From Chiloscyllium plagiosum (lineage: Eukaryota), in assembly GCF_004010195.1 (NCBI RefSeq), contig NC_057715.1:93452258-93516257 (forward strand): a DNA stretch of 64,000 nt, given 5' to 3'. A program made the position numbers and the translations under genes. Each line of letters opens with the position of its first letter. Position 1 is the first letter of the stretch. Of this stretch, positions 1-12,660 are shown in pieces. A model generated the notes under the pieces. The model had not been told where the DNA came from and searched no databases. It worked only from the letters and a program-made list of their open reading frames with translations.

Positions 1-1257
1 TAAAACTAATAAGCCGTACATAGTTCAATAATGAGAACACCAGTATAAGCTCGTACGTCCCCGAGGTATCGGCTGCGGGTAAGAGGTGAATTATTGAGGC
101 CCACCACGATTGGTTTATTTTTCAATACCTCAAGGCCCTATTTGTTACCAGTTTATAAGACATCTTTTGTAAAATTTTGCATGAATTTTTTAAAAAAGTC
201 ACACGCTACTTACTGCTGAAATTGTGCTTGACAACAAAAAAATTCAGCAATTGGTTTAATTGCATGAAAGTTTTCCAACCAACAAACCTATAACATGATG
301 AGAATTTATACTACAGGTGGACGAGATGCTGATTGGTGGGCAACTCCACTTTCATTGGTTGAGGTATTGCCATGGAGAAAGCAAAATAGTCGGCTCCTCA
401 AATGCCCAGGTTTTCAAAAAGTCACAAGGCTTGAACTTACTTTGATTGTTTGCAGAGAAAGGTATGGATAAATGTGTTTCAATGAATAACTTTGAGTTTG
501 ACTGATTGTTCTGAATTGGGTGGTAGCATTCAGGATTGTTCAGCAAGTGTTGCCAAATTGCAGAATCACAGCTAACAATTGATGTCTTTAATTTTTGGTA
601 TTACAAGTCGAGATGATTGTGTACAGTCTGTAACTGCCTATCATGACCAAATGAAAGAGCTTGCTGTCTGATTCAGTCAGGCAATCATTGCGCTAATGTA
701 CCTGGCACCACATTGCCACCGGCCTTTGACCTATGTATAATCCACAATGAACAATGATTGGATCAGAATAGCCATTGTCAGTCAGATAGTGGTAATATAT
801 TCTATTTTCTGTGTCAAGCTTGCAATGTAAGCAAGTGGCCAGCACCTTATTTACAACATTACTAATAAGTCCAATTTTATAACATAAGGAGCTGTCGAAA
901 TCTCAATATATCTATTGACTGGTGACTGTGGGCTAGTGGAAGACTGCAACAGAGAGTCCATTATGGAATTTCTCATTTACCACATTAAGGAAAGGGAGCA
1001 TATTAGACTGCACCATTTCAAAAGTGAATTTGAACTTAGATGGAGTATGTTGCTTTGTGTAAGAAAAGGCTTGCACATATTTGCAGTTTCAAAGATTGCA
1101 AAGATTTCATTGTATAATCATGAATGACATAGGAATGTAGGGATAATTCTATCAAAAATGCATTTCTAATGGAAATTGATATTCAAAGTTTGTGAGAAGA
1201 TTTGTAGCTCGGGTGCTCGTTGCTGTGGTTCTGTTCATCGAGCTGGAAGTTTTTGTT

Positions 1258-1297
1258 GCAAACGTTTCGTCCCCTGTCTAGGTGACATCCTCAGTGC
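1258..1297 (-). ncRNA. Minimal type I hammerhead ribozyme motif (left Penelope arm)
   Basis: Minus strand reads GCA-CTGAGGA-T-GTCACCT AGAC AGGGGAC-GAAAC-GTT-TGC: CUGANGA/GAAA core, stem II hairpin, short stem I, palindromic stem III. Confidence 0.65.
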
Positions 1298-1836
1298 TTG
1301 GGAGCCTCCTGTGAAGCGCTTCTGTGGTGTTTCCTCCGGCATTTATAGTGGCCTGCCCCTGCTGCTTCCGGTTGTCAGTTTCAGCTGTCCACTGTAGTGG
1401 CCGGTATATTGGGTCCAGGTCAATGTGTTTGTTGATGGAGTTGTGGATGAGTGACATTCTTCTAGGAATTCCCTGGCTGTTCTCTGTCTGGCTTGCCCTA
1501 TGATAGTAGTGTTGTCCCAGTCGAATTCATGTTGCTTGTCGTCTGAATTTGACTGGGACAACATTTCCCAAACACATGTTTCTGTGATTGGTTTGTGTGG
1601 GGTCCAATGTGACTGGGACAACACTACCATTATAGGGCAAGCGAAACAGAGAACAGCCAGGGAATTCCTAGAAGCTTGGCACTCATCCACAAACTCCATC
1701 AACAAACACATAGACCTGGATCCAATATACCGGCCACTACAGCGGACAGCTGAAACTGACAACCGGAAGCGGCAGGGACAGGCCACTATAAATGCCGGAG
1801 GAAACACCACAGAAGCACTTCACAGAAGGCTCCCAA

Positions 1837-1876
1837 GCACTGAGGATGTCACCTAGACAGGGGACGAAACGTTTGC
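1837..1876 (+). ncRNA. Minimal type I hammerhead ribozyme motif (right Penelope arm)
   Basis: GCA-CTGAGGA(1840-1846)-T-GTCACCT AGAC AGGGGAC-GAAA(1866-1869)C-GTT-TGC; identical to the left-arm motif. Confidence 0.65.
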
Positions 1877-4394
1877 AACAAAAGCTTCCAGCTTGGCAAA
1901 CAGAACCACAGGAAATTGACATTTTAGCAAGTATTGGAGCTACAGGTCATCCCACATCTCCACCAACTACCTGACATATATAATGTCACCAAAACTAAAC
2001 TCAACTGTGCAAATTGCAATATTCATAATTTTAGAGAATTTGGATTCAGAAAACGATAATGTATTTTTATTGCTGTGATTCTGTCATTCTGGTAAATGTC
2101 AATGTTATGTCTAGACTTTACAAAGTTGAAGAAATCCTTCCCTGTGTCAGTGGAAAACATACAAAAAGGTGGCTGTTAGTAATTCATTGAACCAAATGAC
2201 CAGAACTGATAATTGATTTTTAAAAAAGCAAATAGGATATCACTTCATGTGTTTTCTACAGCCCAAGTTGTGCGTGGATGTAGCCACAGGGATAAACCTA
2301 TCTCAAATTCTTAGAAATGCTTTTGAAACTGTGGAGTCACTCTTGGCAGCAAATCCAATAGATACAAATTTGGGACCATCACCAACAACAGGATGCATTT
2401 TGTTAACATAATCACAATTCTTTAGAATTACCACACCAATCCAGTTTTCCCTAAAACCTCACAATACCATGAAGCATTCACATTGTGTATCGAAAGCGAC
2501 TCCTTGTCTATATGCTTATTTGACATTGCTCCACAATATAAGGAATACAAATGGAACTGAGCATGAGCCAATCAGTCCCATTTTGGATATTATGGTGGAA
2601 GGAAGGCCATTGAGGAAGCAACTGAAGATGACAGATTTGATAGGCTGACCCAATTTTACATTTCATTGGAGAGTGCAATGGGTCGGGGTATCAAAACTGT
2701 GTTTAACCTGATCCCATCGGCTTCCTGCCAGAGTTATGTCAAATTTACTCCTAAGTGAATGCTGAATTTTCCAAAGATGTTGATTTCATCACTTGTTTTA
2801 AAAAAATGTTTTGTTTGGCAGAATTGAGAAGTTATTTTGAAAAATGATTATGAATTTCTCATACTTGGAGATTCCATTTGTAACTATAGTTAACTTAATG
2901 TTTTCTATCTTTAAATTTTAACTTTTGATATTCATTACAAAATATCAGTTGGTAAATTCCTGATCTGTATAGTAATATCCATCCTTGCATACTTTCATTA
3001 AACAATGTAGGAAAGTTATGTGATTGTTAGCCAGTGGGGTTTGAGGAAAAAAAATTAAAATAGTTAAGACTGCAATGATCAATTTAGTTACCAGACCTCG
3101 GTTACTATTCTATTCCTCATGGTAGAGCATATTTCAATCCGTACTCTCCATTTGGGAAATCAAATGGATGAAGATGAGGCAAAATTGTATTATTTTATCA
3201 TAATCCCTTATTAGGATCTAAATTAGCTCACGGCCATGGGAATGGTTTGCATTATCTCTGGGCTCTAATGGAGAATGCAAACTGGCAGAAATAATATTGT
3301 TGATGTTTTCATGACCTAGTTTCAAATTAAAATCATGTTTCCACCAGATGTATACTTAGAGAAAAGTTAGTATCTAATTGTGATCATGATATATATTTTT
3401 GTATATATAACACTTATGTGCGTGCATACATCAACAAGGAAATTTGCATTTTATGCAATTTCCATACTAATTTAGTATGGTCATTGTGTGGTATAAACTC
3501 TGATTTATACATACTATTCTTAAGATTGGGTTTTACATTTTGAGTTAGTAACATATGGATTTTCTATGTGTCTGAAATTGTTAATTAACTTGTAAGTATT
3601 TCTAAAACTATGGTTATTTCTTTTAAAACATTTTTTGAAGGCTACTTTGGCAGTCGATTGAGTTTCTGTTTACTTTGGGATTTTATGATTTGGCAAGGTA
3701 AACAATTGTACCTCAAGGTTTTTGTTAGAAATTTCTGGACTGGGAGTTTATTTTTAAAGCATTTAGACAACATCCATAATAGAGAAAGATAAAGACTTTT
3801 CATTCAGTTTTACATCGTTTCAGGGAGTTCTGTGAAATTCTTGCATTGAGATGCACTGAGTGCTCCTGAGACAGGGAGAATATAGTAAGGCAAATAGTAA
3901 CATGAAATGGGAAATTAGTGATAACTCTAGACCACAAGTGTTGGGATAAAACCAGAACAGGAATTGAACCTGAGTCTTTTTAAACTCAGGTGTATGATAA
4001 TTCTAGGAATAAGCAGTCAGAGGTTTTAGTGTAAGAGTATTGAGGTATTCGAGTATAGAGTAATCTATCGAGGTGTTTGAGTAAGAGTTTTTGGTATTAC
4101 TACTGTGCAATGTTTTCTGTTGGGTAATATGCAAGGGATTTTCTTTACCTTGTAAAAGTATTTTGGAATGATTGGAATTACACTTTTATTTTGTGTTTAA
4201 AATTTTCTGATTTTGTAACTAAGTAGATCAGCTTATTCTATGTATATTAATATACAATATATTATATTCAATTACTAAATGCCTGTTTTATTACTAAGGC
4301 AAAATGTGTAGTATTGCATGTTACTGTTTCAATGACAGAGACTGCCTTGTTAAAACCAAAACAAAACAAAATGTGATCTATCAAGCCGGATTTT

Positions 4395-4790
4395 GATCTG
4401 ATATCTGATAGAAGTTTATAAGGTTGTGAATAGCATGGATAGAGTGGAAAGTGTGAGGCTTCTTCCCAGGGTGGAGGGGTCAATTACTATGGGACACAGG
4501 TTCAAAGTGCAGGGGGAAGTTTAAGAGAAATGTGCAAGGCAAGCTTTTCACACAAAGGGTGGTAAGTGCCAGGAACGTGCTGCCAGAGGAGGTGGTGGAA
4601 GCAAACTCAGTAGCAACATTCAAGAGGAACCTGAATGATACATGAATAGGAAAGGAATAGATAGATACAGATCCTTTAAGTGAAGACAGTTTTAGTGTGG
4701 AAGGGCAAAATGTGCCATTGCAGACTTGGATGGTCAAAAGGCCTGTTCCTGCGCTGTATCATTCATTGTTATTCTCTGCTCTTTGTTCTT
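4395..4790 (+). mobile_element. CR1-clade LINE 3' fragment (degenerate)
   Basis: Decayed ORF2 C-terminus (LIEVYK...GHRFKV...FTQRVVSARNVLPEEVVEA) followed by a CR1-type 3' UTR. Confidence 0.75.
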
Positions 4791-5310
4791 TGTCCAGTAA
4801 TAACGTCAGCTGGAATCATAACATTTTCCACTGTGTAGATGTTATTTAAATAGATCCATAAGGGATGATGGTACAGTGTATTTTCATTCTCACCTATCGG
4901 CAAATTGTGTATCTAATGTTTGCTCTTACCCCAGTCAAAAATGTGCTGTTACAGCTGACAATTTGGAACTGAAGTATAATCATTTAGCCCAGCTGCTGAG
5001 ACCACTTAACACGGCTTTGAAATGTAATAACATGGAAGAAATTGCAAATTTTCCAATATGTATTGTTACTACCCGTGCGTTCCTTTCAAATGACTAAATG
5101 GGTGTCGAGCCAAGATTACTATGCACCTCTCTCTATTTAAAATGTGCAAGTCTAATCTTCATAAAGTTGTACATCTGTGAACATGGACATTTTCACAAGA
5201 GATTAAAATGTGCTTTCACTTGTCAAAATATTGCAAATGGAGAAAATTTTATCACTTTGGCAGAATAAACAGAAGATCTCCATTGCTGCAATGTGATGAA
5301 ATAGTTTCCT

Positions 5311-5453
5311 CAGGGACCTTGATATAAACCATCTGGTTTCTTACACACAGTAATATCAACAATTTTTTAGTGCCATTCTTATTCGTGTAAGCCTTCGAAC
5401 ACAGACTGCACTGTGAGAATACTTTATGAGATATTACCATAGTTCAGGTGAGT
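5311..5453 (+). promoter_or_regulatory. Candidate TATA promoter and non-coding first exon of the FGL1-like gene
   Basis: TATAAA at 5323-5328 and a consensus donor CAG|GTGAGT at 5447/5448 in unique sequence; the ATG exon begins with an acceptor (13587), so an upstream exon must exist. Link is unproven. Confidence 0.35.
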
Positions 5454-6208
5454 TTTGTTCTCCATCTTGTTTATCACTGTAAAAATGTAATTAATCAGGC
5501 TAAGTTTGAAGTCATGCCAAATGTATAAAAATGCTAAGTGCTTTCTTAATTTACCATTTGCTTTTCAAGTATTTGTTTGCATTTTGGTGTCATATATATT
5601 GCAAAACATTATGATTTGACTTTTAAGGTATCAATAGTTATTTTAAATGAAGAAACAAATCTGTTAAAAGTGAATCTGTCAAAAAGACAAGCCAAACAAG
5701 TCTTTTGTACTAACATAATAGATTGAATCTTTGTTTTTTTTGTTTTCTAAATGCACTGAGACTTTCAGAGGGATTTTAACTGTGAGGCCTAGCAAGAATT
5801 TTCACCTTATCTTAATAAAATAGTCACATTAACTATCTAGTCCACCCTGACAGAGTTCCTCCCTTCTGATTCTGGCCCCATCTAACCACACACTGTTCCC
5901 AGAATAACTCGTCACTCAATGGACAGTTGTCGGAAAGCCAGCAATCCCTGTGCCAAAGCCATCTTTCAAAGCCTGCTGCACTCCCAGGCAAGTGTTGGCA
6001 GCCTAGCATTACCCATCACCAGTAATGTAATGGCACAGCTGCCACAAAGCCAATTGCTGCCCACAGCACCTAGCTAGCATGACTAACTCTTCCTCACACA
6101 TGCAACTCCTTTCTCACAGCTGAGTCACTGTTTAACTACAATGTCACACATCAGACCTCTCCTTAGATATGTCTCCTCTACCCACCCTCAACGAGTTCCA
6201 GTCACTGT

Positions 6209-6839
6209 GGGCAGACCGGACCTGACTGACAACCTATTCCAGTAGATGTTAGCTGGAATGTCCACAGGTGACCTGCATCTTGTCATTTTCTAGTAGGGGA
6301 ACATCATATACAGACAAGATTAGAAGATTAGAATCCCTACAATATGGATACAGGCCCTTCGGCCAACAAGTCCACACCGACCCTCCAAAGAGCAACCCAC
6401 CCTACACTTACTCCTGACTAATGAACCTGACACTATGGGCAATTTAGCATGGCCAATTCACCTGACCTGCACATCTTCGAATGTGGGAGGAAACCGGAGC
6501 ACCCAGAGGAAACCCACGAAGACACGGGGAGAATGTGCAAGCTCCACACAGTCGTCCAAGGCTGGAATTGAACCCGGGTCCCTGGTGCTGTGAGGCAGCA
6601 GTGCTAACCACTGAGCCACCACGCCAACCGGCACTATTCCAACAAGCAATCGGACAAATCCAAATATAATCCTATGTTGACAGCCAGATAAAGGGGACAC
6701 AAAGTATACACATCCAGGATGCAGTTCAGTCCCACAGTGCAGACCAAATGTTAGCATCTTAACCATGACAATCCGTGATGGTCTCCTTCACCCAGCTAAC
6801 ATCTACTGGAATAGGGTGTCAGTCAGGTCCCGTCTGCCT
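6209..6839. mobile_element. MITE-like non-autonomous DNA transposon with ~46-bp terminal inverted repeats
   Basis: GGCAGACCGGACCTGACTGACAACCTATTCCAGTAGATGTTAGCTG (~6210-6255) matches the reverse complement of ~6793-6838 with 2 mismatches; contains a nested HE1 SINE. Confidence 0.6.
6319..6625 (-). mobile_element. HE1-type SINE
   Basis: tRNA-like head (GTGGCTCAGTGGTTAGCAC...GGTTCAATTCC), V-domain core GGGTTTCCTCTGGGTGCTCCGGTTTCCTCCCAC, HER1-like tail. Confidence 0.9.
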
Positions 6840-6907
6840 TATAGCACCCAATGCAGCTGCTAAATTCTGTCATTCACAAAGCAAACTTCCTTCAGTTCAA
6901 TGACATT

Positions 6908-8481
6908 GTCATAGTGTCATAGAGATGTACAGCATGGAAACAGACCCTTTGGTCCAACCCATCCATGTCGACCAGATATCCCAACCCAATCTAGTCCCAC
7001 CTGCCAGCACCTGGCTCATATCCCTCCAAACCCTTCCTATTCATATACCCATCCAAATGCCTCTTAAATGTTGCAATTGTACCAGCCTCCACCACATCCT
7101 CTAGCAGCACATTCCATACACGTACCACCCTCTGCGTGAAAAAGTTGCCCCTTAGGGTCTCTTTTATATCTTTCCCCTCTCACCCTAAATCTATGCCCTC
7201 TAGTTCTGGAATCCTTGATCCCAGGGAAAAGACTTTGTCTATTTATCCTAGCCATGCCCCTCATAATTTTGTAAACCTCTATAAGGTCACCCCTCAGCCT
7301 CCGACGCTCCAGGGAAAACAGCCACAGCCTGTTCAGCCTCTCCCTGTAGCTCAGATCCTCCAACCCTGGCAACATCAGATGGGGTGGCACAGTGGTTAGC
7401 ACTGCTGCCTCACAACGCCAGAGACCCAGGTTCAATTCCCGCCTCAGGCGACTGACTGTGTGGAGTTTGCACATTCTCCCCGTGTCTGCGTGGGTTTCCT
7501 CCGGGTGCTCCGGTTTCCTCCCACAGTCCAAAGATGTGCAGGTCAGGTGACTGGCAACATCCTTGCAAGTCTTTTCTGAACCCTTTCATGTTTCACAACA
7601 TCTTTCCAATAAAAAAAGAGACCAGAATTGCACGCAATATTCCAACAGTGGCTTAACCAATGTCCTTACAGCCGCAACATGACCTCCCAACTCCTGTACT
7701 CAATACTCTGACCAATAAAGGAAAGCATAACAAACACCATCTTCACTATCCTATTTACCTGCGACTCCCCTTTCAAGGAGCTATGAACCTGCACTCCAAG
7801 GTCTCTCTATTCTGCTAAGATTTGCTTTCCCAAAATGCTGTATCTCGCATTTATCTGAATTAAACTCCATCTGCCACTTCTCAGCTCATTGGCCCATCTG
7901 GTCCAGATCCTGTTGTAATCGGAGGTAACCCTCTTCACTGTCCACTATATCTCCAATTTTGGTGTCATCTGCAAACTTACTAACTGTACCTCTTATGCTC
8001 GCATCCAAATAATTTATGTAAATGACAAAATGTAGAGGGCCCAGCACCAATCCTTGTGGCACTCCACTGGTCACAGGCCTCCAGTCTGAAAAACAACCCT
8101 CCACCACAACCCTCTGTCTTCTACCTTTGTGAGCCAGTTCTGTATCCAAATGGCTAGTTCTCCCTGTATTCCATGAGATCTAACCTTGCTAATCAGTCTC
8201 CCATGGGAAACCTTGTCGGACGCCTTACTGAAGTCCATATAGATCACATCTACTGCTCTGCCCTCAATAATCTTCGTTGTTACTTCTTCAGAAAACTCAA
8301 TCAAGTTTGTGAGACATGATTTCCCACGCACAAAGCATGTTGACTACCCCGAACCAGTCCTTGCCTTTCCAAATACATGTACATCCTGTCCGTCTTGATT
8401 CCCTCCAAAAACTTGCATACCACCGAGGTCAGGCTCACCGGTCTATAGTTCCCTGGCTTGTCTTTACCGCCCTTCTTAAAC
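6908..8481 (-). mobile_element. HER1/CR1-clade LINE, 5'-truncated and frameshifted
   Basis: ORF pieces give RT motifs PGNYRPVSLTS, VDVIYMDFSKASDKV, SGVPQGLVLGP, KFADDTK and the C-terminal LFSLERRRLRGDLIEVYK. Confidence 0.92.
7377..7550 (+). mobile_element. 3'-truncated HE1 SINE inserted in the HER1 LINE
   Basis: Head and V-domain present, ends at GGTCAGGTGA; flanked by perfect CTGGCAACATC (7366-7376, 7551-7561). Confidence 0.9.
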
Positions 8482-9719
8482 AGTCCTTCTCCTTGGATGA
8501 CTGTTCCCATTTCCTTGATTCCTTCAGCATCTACCACACACCAACTGTGCAGGGTTGTGCAGCACACTATGTCCAGTATATAACTGAGAGCTCATCTAGA
8601 CCACTCAGGCTATGGAAACCCAGTTTACACTGCAGTACTGCCGTAGTATCTGCACCAACTTGGGGAAGGTGCCTCAACAGCTGAGTGTCTAACACATCAC
8701 ATCAAAAAGGGAGTGGCTGCTGTACTCTGACCTCTTTCCCATCCCAGATCCGTCTCAACTATTCCACTTCCGATTGCATTTATACAACAATGTTAATCCC
8801 TGTCCCACAGCACCTCAGAAACTCCACAGGTGATGGAGTGCTTTTGGGCAGCATTTGCTTCCTTTTAAATTATTGTTGATAATTCCTGCAGCACTGAGAT
8901 GACAATGATAGTTTATCTGGCACCAATGGTTTGGTGCAATCAGCCTTTGCCCTGTACTTTATGCAGCAGCATGTTCACTCTGCATGCACTGCATATATGC
9001 AAAGAAATGTTTACAAACACATGTGTTGTGCATTTGCCCCTTCAACATCCTCATGTACAGGAGCAATGGATCTTATGATTCCACCCATCAAAGTGGTATT
9101 CACTCCACTCATCTTGGGCTTGTCACAGCCATTTTCCAGTTGCATTTTAGCTCTTGAGAATGGGAAGTGGGGAAGGTAACTCAACTTGTTGTGAACACAG
9201 TCAGCATCATCAGGCTCTGTCTAGTCACCAGGCACACACTGCAATCAGACTTCTCATCTGATTCTGCCACAGATTTCACCGTCTCGCTCAGACCTCTATA
9301 AGATTCTGACCATTATTACAAAACAGTGCATTTTAGGAGTTCTGTTGTCACTGGGTTGCCTGTTCAACAGCTGAATGGTGATACATCTTGTACCCCATAC
9401 GTTCAACTCGACCATCTATAAAGTAGCTGTGAAACTTCTGTCATTGTGAATTGAGAATGAAATGATGCACTTTTAACTTTGTTTAATTGTTGGCTTTTCA
9501 TAGCAGAATATGTTCCCTAGTCAAATCATTACATCTTCAATATTGCCAGCTCAGATGTTCAAGTAAATTTACTTTATCAACAGGCTGTAGTGTACTTTCC
9601 ACTGAACCCCTGTCAACACTGCTAAGGCAGGATTTGTTCATCTGTTGTGATTGCTTGATAATGGATACCTGAAGGATAGAACTGAATAAATTAAGTTTTT
9701 CCAACAATCGAGCAGCTTC

Positions 9720-10990
9720 ACAGACACTCTAGTGCACCTTGCACATTCCTGCTAGAGTATTGGTGGCAAAGGGAGTGGCTATTAGTGGATGTGATACCAA
9801 TCAAGTGGGCTCTTTGTCCTGGGTGGTGTCAAGCTTCTTGAGTGTTGTTGGAGCGGCACCCATCCAGGCAAGTCAGGGAATATTCCATTACACTCCTGAC
9901 TTGTGCTTTGCAGATGGATATGTTTTGGGGAGTCAAGAGGTGAGTTATCTGCTGCAATACTCTTAGCTTCTAATCTGCTCCTGTTGCCAATATATTTATA
10001 TGGTAAGTCAAGTTCAGTTTCTGATGAATGGTGACCCTGAGGATGTTGACCATGGGGCATTCAGTATGGTAACGCGATTGAATGTCAAGGGATGATGGCT
10101 ATATTCTCTGTTGCTGGTCATTGCCTGGTATTTGTGTGGTTCAAATGTTACTTGCCACCTTCAACCCAAGCCTGGATATTGTCCAGGCCTCGCTGCATTT
10201 GGACACTGACTGCTTCAGAATCTGAGGAGTTGTGAATGTTGCCAAGCATTGTGTAATCTTCAACGAACATTCCCACTTCTGACCTTATGATGAAGGGATG
10301 GTCATTGATGAAGCAACTAAAGGTAATTGAGCTTAGAATGGTCCCATAAAGAATTCATGCAGTGGTAAATAACATCTGAGGCACATAAGTGTCAAACAAT
10401 GATAATTTCCAAGCAATAATTGATAAAAAGCTGAACTGAACAAGTCATATTAATGGCTGGGTAAGTATTGGGAATTCTGCGTTGAGCAATTCACCATTTA
10501 TCTCCCCAATAATTGCCCACCATCAACAGCACACAAATTAGGAGTGGGATAAAATATTCTCCACTTGCCTTGATGGGTGTTGTTCCAGCAATACTGGGGA
10601 AAGTTGACAATCCCTCAGGCCAAAGCAGCCTGCTGATTGACATCCTGTCTGCCACCATAGATATTCATTCCCTTCACCATCTATGCACAGTTGCAGCAAT
10701 GTGTATCATTCATAAGATGCACTGCAGCAACTCATAATGGCTCATTCAATGGCACCTCCCAAACCTGTGACCTCTACCATCTAGAAAAAGAAAGGCAGCC
10801 AGTACATGGAAACACCACCACCTGCAAGCTCTCTCCAACTCACACATCACCCTAACTTGGAAATATATCACCATTCCTTCACTATCCTTGGATCTCACTC
10901 CCAGAAGTGTGAGTGTGCCTAAATGCATGGAATGTAACAGTTCAATAAATCAGCTCACCACCCTCCCCAAAGCAATAAGGAATTGGCAAT
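9720..10990. mobile_element. Old CR1/L2-like LINE fragments in both orientations
   Basis: Decayed segments similar to those at ~13900-14250, 44760-45125, 47940-48245 and 50570-50725 (CAAGATGCACTGCAGCAACTC...CACCTCCCAAACC...GGGCAATAAAT). Confidence 0.6.
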
Positions 10991-10992
10991 AA

Positions 10993-11685
10993 ATAGAACA
11001 TAGAACAATACAGCACAGAACAGGCCCTTTGGCCCACGATGTTGTGCCGAACATTTGTCCTAGCTTAAGCACCCATCCATGTACCTATCCAATTGCCACT
11101 TAAAGNNNNNNNNNNNNNNNNNNNNNNNNNNNNNNNNNNNNNNNNNNNNNNNNNNNNNNNNNNNNNNNNNNNNNNNNNNNNNNNNNNNNNNNNNNNNNNN
11201 NNNNNNNNNNNNNNNNNNNNNNNNNNNNNNNNNNNNNNNNNNNNNNNNNNNNNNNNNNGGTAAATCTTCTTTGCACCCTCTCCAAAGCTTCCACATCTTT
11301 CCTAAAGTGAGGCGACCAGAACGGCACACAGTACTCCAAATGTGGCCAAACCAAAGTCCTGTACAGTTGCAACATCACTTCACGACTCTTGAATTCAATC
11401 CCTCTGCTAATGAACGCTAATACACCATAGGCCTTCTTACAAGCTCTATCCACCTGAGTTCAAAGACCTATGAACATAGACTCCAAGATCCCTCTGTTCC
11501 TCCACCTCACTAAGAACCCTACCGTTAACCCTGTATTCCGCATTCTTATTTGTCTTTCCAAAATGGACAACCTCACACTTGGCGGGGTTGAACTCCATCT
11601 GCCACTCCTCAGCCCAGCTCTGCATCATATCCAAGTCCCTTTGCAGCCGATAAGAGCCCTCCTCACTATCCACAACTCCACCAAA
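10993..11685 (-). mobile_element. CR1-clade LINE 3' fragment spanning a gap
   Basis: WQMEFNPAKCEVVHFG, LYRTLVWPHLEYCVPFWSPH; short AGAACAT-type tail repeat. Confidence 0.88.
11106..11258. other. Assembly gap (N run)
   Basis: Run of n. Confidence 1.
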
Positions 11686-11995
11686 TATTGGTCCAGACAG
11701 TGAAGCCCCATCCTGAAAACTGATAATTTTGTTTTAAAATGTCTTAAATAAGATGTTATGTGTTTTCCATTCACCACTGACTTAATCATTAAGATCGGAA
11801 GTAACTTGGAAAAATTGCTATTTAATGAGTTTTGGATACAAGTGGATGGAAATGTGGTTCCTATCATTGGCGCACCATGAGTCCTGACCTACCACTGAAA
11901 TGCTGCTAACTAAATCACTTAAACTCTACTCAGCATCAGGGAGCTAGGATTTCACCTCCTGGTTGGTAAAGTTACATTTCCGGTTCTCAGTGGCC

Positions 11996-12620
11996 TGTTA
12001 TGAACGAGACCAAACTCCCTCAAAATATATTAAGAAGACAGCCTAGACCCAAACTTTGTCTTATTTTAAAGACAAGTGTAAGGTCGATTGGTCAAACTAC
12101 CAGGCTTGAAGCAAAACACACTTTAGTCATACAACAAAGTTAAAATACAGACAAGATAAAAATGGAAGAAAAGAATTGGTTCGATTGTGACAGTATCGAA
12201 ATGAATAAAATGTGATATATATATAAACCATTACTGCTACCAATATACTAATATCTCATAAACACACCCTTGGCAAAGGCAAATTCAGCAAAATAGACTA
12301 TCTCACATGCAATTCTAGCAGCAGGAAGAGAGACCCAGCTTACACCTGTAACAGAGAGAGGAATAAAAACTTCCACATTCAGCTTAAACACCCCGGTACC
12401 TGCTACTGAATGCTAACACTAAAAAAAATCTGGTTCTGTGGGAGTTTGACCCAATCCATTCAGACTACTTCGATTGTTCCAACTGTAAAAAATAACCTCA
12501 AAGCCTCACAAACCGGTTGCTTTATTGGCTTTGGAGCAGGGCGCTCCTCACCTTTGTCTCAATCTTTCTTCATAAACAAAAAACAGGACAAAATATGCCT
12601 TGTAGATCATAGTTTCATCA
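11996..12620. mobile_element. Putative solo LTR
   Basis: Begins TGTTATGAAC, ends GTTTCATCA (TG...CA, imperfect inverted termini); flanks GTGGCC / GTGGCA. Confidence 0.4.
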
Positions 12621-12660
12621 GTGGCACAGTAAATTCCACTCATTGAGTGAAGTTTATGTG

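Larger units (their letters stand above)
1182..1910. mobile_element. Penelope-like element 3' end (pLTR) present as two inverted arms
   Basis: ~1220-1520 is the reverse complement of ~1610-1910; the + arm encodes a GIY-YIG C-terminal-like segment (DWDNTTIIGQAKQRTAREFLEAWHSSTNSINKHIDLDPIYRPL); flanks GGAAATTGATATT (1171-1183) / GGAAATTGACATT (1911-1923) look like a 13-bp TSD. Confidence 0.85.

Noticed and set aside
40-90. CpG-containing stretch with donor-like G|GTAAGA at the window edge
   Set aside because: Too little upstream context to call an exon
8490-9350. Decayed Harbinger transposase (VCCTTLHS on minus)
   Set aside because: Only one weak motif; not supportable without a profile search
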